Source: Candidatus Micrarchaeota archaeon
Lineage (GTDB): Archaea; Micrarchaeota; Micrarchaeia; Micrarchaeales; CABMGC01
DNA length: 64,000 bases
Assembly (NCBI GenBank): GCA_028866995.1
Contig: JAGWHD010000001.1
Location: 636,068-700,067 of the forward strand
Direction of reading: 5' to 3'
Below are positions 33,995 through 42,529 of the stretch, piece after piece. How positions within the stretch are numbered: the first letter of the stretch is position 1; the number at the start of each line of letters is the position of its first letter. Made by a program: the position numbers and the translations under genes. The notes beneath the pieces were generated by a model. That model did not search any database. It was not told the DNA's origin and saw only the letters and a program-made list of their open reading frames with translations.

Positions 33995-34597
33995 ATGGCC
34001 GAGACGAAGATCGCAGATCTGGTAAGGACCTACCTGAAGAACAAGCCATACACGATGGAGGCATTGGAGAGCGGCATAGTCAACTTCAGCTCCCTCTCAA
34101 GGCTTGTGCAGAAGGAGCTGAACATAGGCAGCTACCAGGCAGTGAAGGCAGCAGTCAGGAGGTACGCCGCGCAGATAGGCAGCATGAAGGGAACCATAGA
34201 GAAGCGCGCCCTCGAAGTGCTGAAGGAGAACCGGATAACCCTCCTTGACGGCGTCTACGTGATAATATCAAGCCAGAAGATGGACATAGACAACAAGGCG
34301 GAGGTCAAGGTCGATTCCTATTACGTGTACCTCACTGACAAGAACGCATTCAAGTCCATGACGAGGAAGCAGAAGTCGTCGCTGATAAAGGTGCACGAGA
34401 ACTGCTCCGCGATAATAATATACTCCGAGGAGAAGCTGGAGAACGTCTCAGGAGTGCTCGCATTCGTGACTTCGCTGCTTGCGGAGAGGAGCATCAACGT
34501 GATAGAGTTCATATCCTGCTACACCGAGACCATGCTCATAGTCAGCAAGGAGGACGCGCTCAGGAGCTACGAGGCATTGTCCGAAATAATAAGATGA
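33995..34597 (+). CDS. ACT-domain protein (predicted amino-acid metabolism regulator, COG2150-like)
   Basis: From MAETKIADLVRTYLKNKPY (HTH-like N-terminus). C-terminal ACT-like VSGVLAFVTSLLAERSINVIEFISCYTETMLIV. Confidence 0.55.
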   Translation: MAETKIADLVRTYLKNKPYTMEALESGIVNFSSLSRLVQKELNIGSYQAVKAAVRRYAAQIGSMKGTIEKRALEVLKENRITLLDGVYVIISSQKMDIDNKAEVKVDSYYVYLTDKNAFKSMTRKQKSSLIKVHENCSAIIIYSEEKLENVSGVLAFVTSLLAERSINVIEFISCYTETMLIVSKEDALRSYEALSEIIR

Positions 34598-35506
34598 TCA
34601 GGCTACCGAGGCGATAATCCCGTCGATGATGCCGTGGACGCCTATCCCCCCTGTCGACCTTACAGTCATCCTGTGGCTCAGCACCGGCTTGGCCAGGAAC
34701 CTTATGTCGTCCTTTGTTACCTCGTTCCTTCCGTTTATCAGCGCCCTCGCCTTGGAGCACTGCATGAAAGCGATGTCGGCCCTCGGGCTCGCGCCCATGA
34801 CCACGTGCAGGTCCTTCCTGCTCTCAGCCACTATCTGAGCTATGAACCTTGCGACATCATCCGGCAGCTTGACGCCCTTTGCCTGGGCCTGGAAATCCAG
34901 GACATCGTTAGTGGCTATGATCTTGTTCGTCAGCACCTTCTCCTCCGCTTCCTTTATCCTGAGCATGCTCACCTCCTCCTCCATCGAGGGATAATCAACG
35001 TCTATCTTCATCACGAACCTGTCCGCAAGCACCTTCGGCAGCTGCTCAGTGCCCTCGATCCTGAGAGGGTTCTGCGTCGCAAGCGCGGTGAAAGGCTTCA
35101 TCAGCGGCATGTTGACGCCTCCAACGGTCACCATGCGCTCCTCAAGGGTCTCGAGGAAAGCGGCCATGGTCTTAGGGGGGCTCCTGTTGAGCTCGTCGAC
35201 AAGGAGTATGTTAGTGAAGATGGGCCCTTTCTTGAACTGGGTCTCGTTCTGGCTGTCGAGGTAAGCCTCGCCTATGATGTCGCTGGGCACAAGGTCAGGC
35301 GATCCCTGTATCCTCTTGAAGTCAGCCTGTATGCAGTCCGCGAGCGCCTTGGACATGGTGGTCTTTGCAACTCCCGGGACTCCCTCAAGGAGCGCGTGCC
35401 CGTTGGCCACGACCGTTGTGAAAAGCAGCTCTATCGTCTCCTCCTTGCCCGCTATGTGCTTCTTCATCTCCTCCTTTACCTTGAGATATGCGTCGCGGGC
35501 GTCCAT
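34598..35506 (-). CDS. MoxR-family AAA+ ATPase
   Basis: Walker A EGVPGVAKT, Walker B ILLVDELNR, ATQNP...EGT..LP.A..DRF pattern. 302 aa. Confidence 0.85.
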   Translation of the reverse strand: MDARDAYLKVKEEMKKHIAGKEETIELLFTTVVANGHALLEGVPGVAKTTMSKALADCIQADFKRIQGSPDLVPSDIIGEAYLDSQNETQFKKGPIFTNILLVDELNRSPPKTMAAFLETLEERMVTVGGVNMPLMKPFTALATQNPLRIEGTEQLPKVLADRFVMKIDVDYPSMEEEVSMLRIKEAEEKVLTNKIIATNDVLDFQAQAKGVKLPDDVARFIAQIVAESRKDLHVVMGASPRADIAFMQCSKARALINGRNEVTKDDIRFLAKPVLSHRMTVRSTGGIGVHGIIDGIIASVA

Positions 35507-35579
35507 TCCGTCACACTAACCTTATACCAAACAATACATTTAAATTAAGGTATTCAGCAATAATATCTACGGGGTACTT

Positions 35580-35921
35580 ATGATTGGAAAGAAGCAGACT
35601 GCCTCAAAGATGGTCTCGATCGCAGACGTGCTGGACATACTCGAGGATAGGCAGAAGGACGGCGAGCTCGGGTACGAGCAGCAGATAGAGCTGGAGCATG
35701 CGAAGAAGTTCTCTAAGCTGGGCAAGAAGGAGGCGGAGAAGATGAAGGAGGAGCTGATGGAGAACGGCATGGGCGAGAAGACTGCCACAAAGACCGTAGA
35801 GATAATGCCGATAGACATCACGCAGCTGAAGCTGATACTTGTCATGGACAGGCTCACCCTTGACGACGAGGCCTGCAAGAAGCTGATGGGCATAGTCGAG
35901 AGCCACAGGGGAAAGCAATAA
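35580..35921 (+). CDS. rpoF: DNA-directed RNA polymerase subunit F (Rpo4)
   Basis: 113 aa. VLDILEDRQKDGELGYEQQIELEHAKKFSKL...TATKTVEIMP resembles Rpo4/RpoF. Followed by a DUF655 gene, as is typical in archaea. Confidence 0.7.
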   Translation: MIGKKQTASKMVSIADVLDILEDRQKDGELGYEQQIELEHAKKFSKLGKKEAEKMKEELMENGMGEKTATKTVEIMPIDITQLKLILVMDRLTLDDEACKKLMGIVESHRGKQ

Positions 35922-35939
35922 GGCTTCATTTGGGAGAGC

Positions 35940-36521
35940 ATGGAGGAGACGGAACAGAGGAGAGAGGGTCTTGAGGAATACGCAATAGTGCTAGACTATC
36001 TGCCTACTGGCAGGTCATCGTCCATCAAATCGGAGCCGCTGGTGCAGCTGCTTGGGGAGCAGAGGTTCACGCTCCTCGAAGCGGTAGCGAAGGACGGCGA
36101 CATCAAGACAGCAGAGAGGGTTTACATAGGAAAGGGGGACAGGGACAAGATATCGCTGATAAAAGGCAGGCTCTCGTACAGCGAGCTGACTGAAGGCGCA
36201 AAGAACGAGCTGATGCCTGCGATCTACAAGATAATCAAGGGCAACGAGAAGCATTTCGTCGAGATGTTCAACACCGCTTCGCCGCTCAACATAAGGATGC
36301 ACTCATTGGAGCTGCTTCCTGGGATAGGCAAGAAGCACCTCACCGCGATACTCGACGCTAGGGAGGACAAGCCCTTCGAGAGCTTCGAGGACATAACTAA
36401 GAGGGTGCCGCTGCTGCAGGATCCTGTAAAGCTGCTCGCAGAGAGGGTGGTCATGGAGCTGAAGGGCGACAGCAGGTTCTACATACTTACGAGGCCCTCT
36501 TTCCATCACGAAGGCTACTGA
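35940..36521 (+). CDS. DUF655-family nucleic-acid-binding protein (OB-like plus HhH)
   Basis: EEYAIVLDYLPTGR...RFTLLEAV...LELLPGIGKKHLTAILDAREDKPFESFEDI. Confidence 0.65.
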   Translation: MEETEQRREGLEEYAIVLDYLPTGRSSSIKSEPLVQLLGEQRFTLLEAVAKDGDIKTAERVYIGKGDRDKISLIKGRLSYSELTEGAKNELMPAIYKIIKGNEKHFVEMFNTASPLNIRMHSLELLPGIGKKHLTAILDAREDKPFESFEDITKRVPLLQDPVKLLAERVVMELKGDSRFYILTRPSFHHEGY

Positions 36522-36529
36522 ACTGTTTT

Positions 36530-37945
36530 TCAGATCGTCGCGAGCCCCAATATTGACCATCTGTTAGAGACCGTAGTCTGTACCACTCCAAGGGTATTGG
36601 CAACCTCGCGCTGCGTCCTGTACCCTACCTCTTGGTCGATGTACCTTGCATGCGCATCCTTGTAGTCTTCGTCGGCAAGCTCCTTCCGGGGCTTGCGGAC
36701 TTTCTTCTCCACAAGGCCTAGTTTCCTGACTCTTGCGGACATCGCACCCTGCGTCAGGCCCACCCTATTGCCCATCTCAGCCTGAGTGCCTCCAAGCCTG
36801 AACGCCGCTATTATCTCGTCGTCGCTCACCCCGCCGTTGGATAAGGGCACCTCCAGTTCCAACTCCCCGGCTCTCTTGCGGTAGACTTGATGGCTGATGC
36901 CGATCTCTTTCCTCGCCTGCGGCGCCGTCAAGCCCCTCGAAATTGCATCGGTTATCTGCTCGTCGCTGTATGCCTTTCTCCTATTCGGCATGAGTTCCAG
37001 CTTTCTCATCCTCGAATATACTGCCCATCTGCTCATCCTGTACTCAGAGGCTATCTCCTCCGGCATCTTTCCGGCCTCATGCGCTGCAATGAGCTGTTCA
37101 TTCGTGATCTTTTGGAAACGTCCCTTGGCAATCCTGTGCGCTGCCTGACGCTTCTCCGGCCTGTTCGGCTCCAGTTCCAGCCTGTTTAGCAGCACACGTA
37201 CCCAGTTCTGGCCTATGCCAAACAATGCAGCCATCTCCGATACGGTCTTTCCTTCGCGCTGCGCAGTTATGAGTTGCTCGTCAGTTACCTTTCTTCTCCC
37301 AGCTCTTTTTCCTTTGCGTTCGGATTCATGTGCTGGTCCATTCCTCGCAGGTCTGTTGGGCTGGAGCCCCATCTTCCTGAGTCTAGGGTAGAATGTGTTG
37401 GGATGCAGGTTGCATTCTGCAGCCATCTCAGCTACAGTCTTGCCGTCCGCATGCATCTCCCTTATCTTCTGTTCGCTGACCTTTCCGTTGCCGGCCGGAG
37501 AACCACCGTTTCTCCGTCTGAGATAGCTCCTCTCGAACTCCTCGTCGCTTAGGCGCTGCGCTTCTCTAATTGCAGCCGCTTCAGCTTCCCTGCCGTGCTC
37601 TACTACAACGTCCGGATACCTCTTTGCAAGCATCTCCTTGTACGCGCTGTTGCCTATGTCAAGCGCGGGCCTGACGCCGTTCGCTGTCACGTTCAACGTG
37701 CTCAGCATTAGCTTCTTCTCGACCTCGACTCTCCTGCACTCGAACAGCGCCTGCAGCTCCTTCGGGAGCTTGCTGTAGTTCGCGGGCTCGCTGATGCTTC
37801 CGAATTCCCCCTCCACTCTTCTCAAAAGCTCGAAATAGGGCCTGCTCCTGTCGAGGAGCCTGTGTACCTTCTCCTCACCGCCCTTGCCCCCGAACATTGA
37901 CTGGGCGCTGTTAGGGCTCGTCCTATAAGCATCAGAACCTGCCAT
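36530..37945 (-). CDS. Protein with six tandem helix-turn-helix modules after a ~155-aa N-terminal domain of unknown function
   Basis: Five repeats of (V/I)(S/T)(D/E)EQ(I/L)...G(K)T..E(M/I)A...(HTH)...L.L.PNR, plus a sixth variant RTQREVANTLGVVQTTVSNRWSILGL. Confidence 0.6.
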   Translation of the reverse strand: MAGSDAYRTSPNSAQSMFGGKGGEEKVHRLLDRSRPYFELLRRVEGEFGSISEPANYSKLPKELQALFECRRVEVEKKLMLSTLNVTANGVRPALDIGNSAYKEMLAKRYPDVVVEHGREAEAAAIREAQRLSDEEFERSYLRRRNGGSPAGNGKVSEQKIREMHADGKTVAEMAAECNLHPNTFYPRLRKMGLQPNRPARNGPAHESERKGKRAGRRKVTDEQLITAQREGKTVSEMAALFGIGQNWVRVLLNRLELEPNRPEKRQAAHRIAKGRFQKITNEQLIAAHEAGKMPEEIASEYRMSRWAVYSRMRKLELMPNRRKAYSDEQITDAISRGLTAPQARKEIGISHQVYRKRAGELELEVPLSNGGVSDDEIIAAFRLGGTQAEMGNRVGLTQGAMSARVRKLGLVEKKVRKPRKELADEDYKDAHARYIDQEVGYRTQREVANTLGVVQTTVSNRWSILGLATI

Positions 37946-37996
37946 GGTGAGATAGGGGACTGATTCTGGTATTTAAATTTGCCGCTGAGGAAAAGT

Positions 37997-38284
37997 TCAG
38001 GCGCTGTCAAGATGCATCTGCGGCACTATGAGCTTTCTGATGGTCGACTTGCTCGTGTGTATCTCAACGACATAAGCATCGCCCCTCTTCTCTATGACCG
38101 TTCCCACCCTGCCCCTGTACCTCGGGTGCGGTATGTTGTTGAAGTTGCCCTTAGGCGCTATCAGTACCTTCGCGCCTATGCTGAAGTTCTTAAGGAGCTT
38201 GCTTATGCCTAGCCTTGATGGCGGATTGTGCCTTGCTAGTTGCCTTGTCCTTCCTACGAAGAGACCGTGCGACCTTCCAGTCAT
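37997..38284 (-). CDS. rpl21e: Ribosomal protein L21e
   Basis: MTGRSHGLFVGRTRQL...PHPRYRGRVGTVIEKRGDAYVVEI is typical of L21e. Confidence 0.9.
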   Translation of the reverse strand: MTGRSHGLFVGRTRQLARHNPPSRLGISKLLKNFSIGAKVLIAPKGNFNNIPHPRYRGRVGTVIEKRGDAYVVEIHTSKSTIRKLIVPQMHLDSA

Positions 38285-38373
38285 GCTAATTACCTCTGAA
38301 CAGATTAGGAATATTTATACTTTGCTTTATAAACCTTTATAAACACTTGCTTTTCAATAGTAGTGTGAATCGC

Positions 38374-38700
38374 ATGGCGAAGAACGCTAAATCGGGTAAG
38401 AGGGTAGAACTCAAGCCTGTCTTCAAGATTGAGAACATCGTTGCAAGCGCAGACCTGGGGGTCGAGCTCGACCTTTACGGCATAGCAAAGGCGTCTCCAG
38501 ACGTCGACTACGAGCCCGAGCAGTTCCCTGGTGCCATATGCAAGATACACGATCCCAAGACCGCGTTGCTCCTGTTCAAGAACGGAAAGATAATCTGCAC
38601 TGGCGCGAAGACAGAGGCAGACATAAAGCGGGCTATAGACCAGGTCATAAAGATAGTCAGGAACTACATAATAGAGCACAAGGAGACCGAATCAAAGTAG
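38374..38700 (+). CDS. Single-repeat (half-size) TATA-box binding protein homolog, 108 aa
   Basis: IENIVASADLGVELDLYGIAKASPDVDYEPEQFPGAICKIHDPKTALLLFKNGKIICTGAKTEADIKRAI equals one TBP repeat. The ORF stops after KETESK and is flanked by minus-strand genes. Confidence 0.7.
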   Translation: MAKNAKSGKRVELKPVFKIENIVASADLGVELDLYGIAKASPDVDYEPEQFPGAICKIHDPKTALLLFKNGKIICTGAKTEADIKRAIDQVIKIVRNYIIEHKETESK

Positions 38701-38713
38701 CTCCTCTAATCCT

Positions 38714-39343
38714 TCATCCTTTTCTGATGTGCCTTGCCGCAAGCGAGTATACCACATAAAGGGCTATCAGGAACAGCGCAATGGCGACAATGCTTATCGT
38801 CAGGCTTCCTGTGGATAGCGCGTAGTACCCGAACGCCATGAGCGCTATCTCCCAGATGAAAGCGCCAATCATCGAATATGCGATGAACTTGCCCAGCGGC
38901 ATCTCCGCGAACCCTGCGGGGAAATTGATGAGCCCCCTCACTCCTGGGAGCAGCCTGGACACGAAGACCGCGAACGGGCCGTTCCTCAAGAACCACCTGT
39001 CGAAGGCCTCTATGCTCTCCCTCTTTATGCTGAACAGGCCGAGGTGCTTGTAGACGACCTCCTTCCCTATGTAATAGGCTATCGTGTAGTCTATGAGATA
39101 GCCGGTGAGGCTCGCGAGAAGCACGTCTGCAGCTGCAAGGTAAGGGTTCAATTGCCCGGTGTACACGAAGTGCCCGACAGCAGGCAGCACCACCTCGCTC
39201 GGTATGGGGAACGATGCGGACTCAAGCGTCATGAGTACGAATATGCCTACGTAGCCGTATTGCGATATGATGGAGTTGATGGCGCCGGCTGCGCCGCTGA
39301 GTATCTGGAAGCCTGTCTGCAGAATCAGCATCTCGAGAAGCAT
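38714..39343 (-). CDS. dedA: DedA/SNARE-associated family membrane protein
   Basis: YVGIFVLMTLESASFPIPSEVVLP motif, 4-5 TM, 209 aa. Confidence 0.8.
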   Translation of the reverse strand: MLLEMLILQTGFQILSGAAGAINSIISQYGYVGIFVLMTLESASFPIPSEVVLPAVGHFVYTGQLNPYLAAADVLLASLTGYLIDYTIAYYIGKEVVYKHLGLFSIKRESIEAFDRWFLRNGPFAVFVSRLLPGVRGLINFPAGFAEMPLGKFIAYSMIGAFIWEIALMAFGYYALSTGSLTISIVAIALFLIALYVVYSLAARHIRKG

Positions 39344-39351
39344 ACGGCCAC

Positions 39352-39879
39352 CTAGTACTTGACGAGGACCTTGATGTCCCTGTTCCCAAGGGCGCCTCTT
39401 CCGTTCAGTGCCTCAAGCTCTATCACAAACGCGAACCCCGCGACATGCCCTCCCACGGACTCTACCATCTCGGCTGCGGCCTTGGCAGTGCCTCCTGTCG
39501 CGAGAAGGTCGTCTACCAGCAATGCCCTCTGGCCGCTGGCAAGCGCGTCATGGTGCATCTCTATCGTGGCTGTGCCGTATTCGAGGGCGTACTCCTTGCT
39601 TATCCTCTTGTACGGCAGCTTGCCCATCTTCCTTATTGGTATGAACCCTTTCCCGAGCTTGTACGCCAGCGCGGCCCCTATTATGAAGCCCCTTGCCTCT
39701 ATCCCTACGACGTAATCGAAGTCCATGCCCTTGACGCTCTCCGCCATCCCGTCTATGCAGAGCGCGAATGCCTTGCCGTCCTTGAGCAGAGGCGTGATGT
39801 CCCTGAAAAGTATGCCCTCCTTCGGGTAGTCGGGTACGTCCCTTATCCTGCCCTTCAGCGTGCTCTCTACGTCTTCCAT
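39352..39879 (-). CDS. apt: Adenine phosphoribosyltransferase
   Basis: PDYPKEGILFRDITPLL and PRPP motif ALLVDDLLATGGTA. 175 aa. Confidence 0.9.
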   Translation of the reverse strand: MEDVESTLKGRIRDVPDYPKEGILFRDITPLLKDGKAFALCIDGMAESVKGMDFDYVVGIEARGFIIGAALAYKLGKGFIPIRKMGKLPYKRISKEYALEYGTATIEMHHDALASGQRALLVDDLLATGGTAKAAAEMVESVGGHVAGFAFVIELEALNGRGALGNRDIKVLVKY

Positions 39880-39967
39880 GATATCGCTTTGGCAGGTCTA
39901 ATTTATAACGCTTAAGTATGCCGTCGCCAATGGACATATCTTTATATAGATTCATCAGATAGTATAA

Positions 39968-40675
39968 GTGAATTTGATGGCCTTCAGGTTTTTACCAAAG
40001 ACGATAGCCCTGATACCCGACGGCAACAGGCGCTGGGCCAGGAAGCACAGCATGTCCGTTTTCAACGGGTACGAATTAGGCGTAAGGAAGTTCATAGACT
40101 TCAGCAGATGGTGCATGGGCTATGGCATAAACAACCTCAGCGTGTGGGCGCTCTCGCCCGAAAACCTGGGCAGGAACCCTATAGAGGTCAGGGCGCTTTT
40201 CACCATATACAAGAACGTCGCGACGGATCAGGAGATGCTCGAGATGGTCCACGATAACAGGGCGCGCATAAGGATAGTCGGGGACAGGAAGATACTGCCC
40301 AAGGACCTCAACAGGGCGCTGCGCAAGCTCGAGACGGACACCGAGCATTACAAGGATAAGTCGATAAACCTGCTAATAGGCTACGGCGGCAGGGAGGACA
40401 TACTCCAGGCCGCAAAGAACTTCGCCGGCAGCGTCAGGAAAGGACTGAACGGGACTGTGGAGAAGTTCCAGTCTGAGCTGATATCGTCTGCGGTGCCTGA
40501 CCTTGACCTCATAATAAGGACGAGCGGCGAGAGAAGATTATCGGGGTTCATGCCCTGGCAGTCATACTATTCTGAGCTCTACTTCTCGGACAAGCTCTGG
40601 CCCGACTTCACGAAGCGCGACCTGAACCTTGCTTTGGCAGACTATGGCAAGAGGGACAGGCGCTACGGAAAGTAG
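39968..40675 (+). CDS. uppS: cis-Prenyltransferase (undecaprenyl/dolichyl diphosphate synthase)
   Basis: IPDGNRRWARKH, IRTSGERRLSGF and C-terminal RDRRYG motifs. Start is GTG 39968 or ATG 39977. Confidence 0.9.
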   Translation: MNLMAFRFLPKTIALIPDGNRRWARKHSMSVFNGYELGVRKFIDFSRWCMGYGINNLSVWALSPENLGRNPIEVRALFTIYKNVATDQEMLEMVHDNRARIRIVGDRKILPKDLNRALRKLETDTEHYKDKSINLLIGYGGREDILQAAKNFAGSVRKGLNGTVEKFQSELISSAVPDLDLIIRTSGERRLSGFMPWQSYYSELYFSDKLWPDFTKRDLNLALADYGKRDRRYGK

Positions 40676-40683
40676 GTTTTTTG

Positions 40684-42525
40684 ATGCCTGCTCGAAAGGG
40701 CGACCTGACAAAGTACGCTACATACTTCAACATGTCTGTGCCAGGCATAGTGGCGCAGCTCGCCATGGTCCTTCTCCTCGGCGCGCTCTTCGGCATCCTC
40801 GCAGTGCTCATAGTGCACATCGGCAGCCTTGATGGCATACTCAACCTCTCGCTCTACGGGGTCAGCTCCGGCATATTTGTCATAAGCATGCCCGCGATCC
40901 TCACAGTCATAACGATAAAGGGCATGAAGAGGAGCCTGAGGATGAAGCACGCGATGTTCGCGGCCCTTGCCATATCGTCAGCATACTCGTTGTTCCTGCT
41001 TGCAGGCTACCTCCTCTACCTCGTCACCGGCATACAGTCCATAGCGTACCTGCTGCTCCTGCTCGGCAATGTTGCTGTCTACGGCTACTGGTTCTTCATA
41101 AACAAGCTCGCAGTGGGGCAGAGGAAGAGCGCCCCAATCACCGCGTCGGTGCAGCCGCTCCTCAACGTCATCTTCTACATACCGTTCGGCAGCCGCATAC
41201 TGGACTTCAACATGCCCATCGAGGCCACTCTTATCAAGCTCTCCGCAGGCATGCTCGTCTTCGCCGCAGTGGGCTACGCCGTCATATACATAATCGACAG
41301 GCCCGCCAAGAAGCAGCTGGACGTGAGCAGCGTCGCGCTGTTCGGCTCCATGGTGAGCCAGCTGCTCTACGAGTTCACCAGGGACACCAAGATACTGGGC
41401 AGCGGCGGGGTGAAGCGCGACGTCAACATCGACATACTCGTGCTCAAGAGGAGAAGCAGCTTCAAGGCCGTCTTCGTCAAGCCTGACCTGCACTACGGCC
41501 CGTTCGCCAACATAGGCGGCAGCGTCATAACGGAGCATCTCGGCAGGCACATAATATCCGACTTCAAGGCCAGCCCATTCATAGTGCACGGGGCCGTAAA
41601 CATAGACGACAACCCGATAAGCACCACGCAGGTGGAGGGCCTGAACAGGCAGGTCATAGACAGGATAGCCTCGATCAGGGAGGGCAGCTTCAGGCCCGCA
41701 TTGGGCAGCATAGGCTTCGGGAGGGACGGCCAGTGCAGGTCGATAAACGTGAAGATAAACTCTGTCAACCTCCTCACCGTAACCAAGGCGCCATCCGTCA
41801 CGGAGGACATATCAAGGAACATGGGCCTCAGACTGGAGAGGGCTGCTGCGCTGAACGGCGCCTCAAGGACCATGCTCATCGATGCACACAACTCCAGGTA
41901 CGAATCGGCACCGCCAGACGACCTGAAGGGCATATACGACGGAAGCCCCTATGTCGCCAGGTACGAGAGGGCGATAAGGCAGTCTGTCAGGGCCCGCGGA
42001 GCGTCAAAGATGCTGTTCGGCTCATCCGCCAGGAGGCTCTCCTCGCTGCTGAGCGGCGCAAGGGACCTCGGCAGCGGCTACAGCTGCGTATGCGTATTCT
42101 CGTCCAAAGAGAGGAAGTTCTGCATGGTCTACTTCGACGCAAACAACATGCTCCCTGCCTTCCGCAAGGCCGTGATAGGGCACGTGAAGGACAGGTTCGG
42201 GCTTGACGCGGAGCTCTACACGACCGACACGCATTCTGTCAACTCGCTCGCAATGTCGGCAAGCAACTCGCTGGGGAGGTACACTAGGGCAAGCGAGGTG
42301 ATGCCTATACTCGACGGGATGGTGGAGGAGGCACTCAAGGACCTGGGCCCGGTAAGCAGCGCCTACGTGTCAGCGACTGTTAAGGACTTCAAGACCTGGG
42401 GGACGGGCTCAGAAGCCCTCATAACAAAGGTCGGCATGGACATAATAAGGATGAGCAAGCGCTACGTCCCGTTCATAATCGTGCTCGGCTTCATAATAGC
42501 CGCATGGCTAATCTACATAGTGTGA
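40684..42525 (+). CDS. Large membrane protein, DUF2070-like (N-terminal ~7 TM plus a ~380-aa soluble domain)
   Basis: Architecture and size fit the archaeal DUF2070 family as I remember it. No catalytic motif recognised. Confidence 0.45.
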   Translation: MPARKGDLTKYATYFNMSVPGIVAQLAMVLLLGALFGILAVLIVHIGSLDGILNLSLYGVSSGIFVISMPAILTVITIKGMKRSLRMKHAMFAALAISSAYSLFLLAGYLLYLVTGIQSIAYLLLLLGNVAVYGYWFFINKLAVGQRKSAPITASVQPLLNVIFYIPFGSRILDFNMPIEATLIKLSAGMLVFAAVGYAVIYIIDRPAKKQLDVSSVALFGSMVSQLLYEFTRDTKILGSGGVKRDVNIDILVLKRRSSFKAVFVKPDLHYGPFANIGGSVITEHLGRHIISDFKASPFIVHGAVNIDDNPISTTQVEGLNRQVIDRIASIREGSFRPALGSIGFGRDGQCRSINVKINSVNLLTVTKAPSVTEDISRNMGLRLERAAALNGASRTMLIDAHNSRYESAPPDDLKGIYDGSPYVARYERAIRQSVRARGASKMLFGSSARRLSSLLSGARDLGSGYSCVCVFSSKERKFCMVYFDANNMLPAFRKAVIGHVKDRFGLDAELYTTDTHSVNSLAMSASNSLGRYTRASEVMPILDGMVEEALKDLGPVSSAYVSATVKDFKTWGTGSEALITKVGMDIIRMSKRYVPFIIVLGFIIAAWLIYIV

Positions 42526-42529
42526 GCAT

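Noticed and set aside
34598-35506. MoxR AAA+ ATPase as the core of a MoxR-VWA/DUF58 system.
   Set aside because: No VWA or DUF58 partner is adjacent. Its neighbours are the ACT-domain gene (convergent) and rpoF. A lone MoxR cannot be interpreted further from this window.
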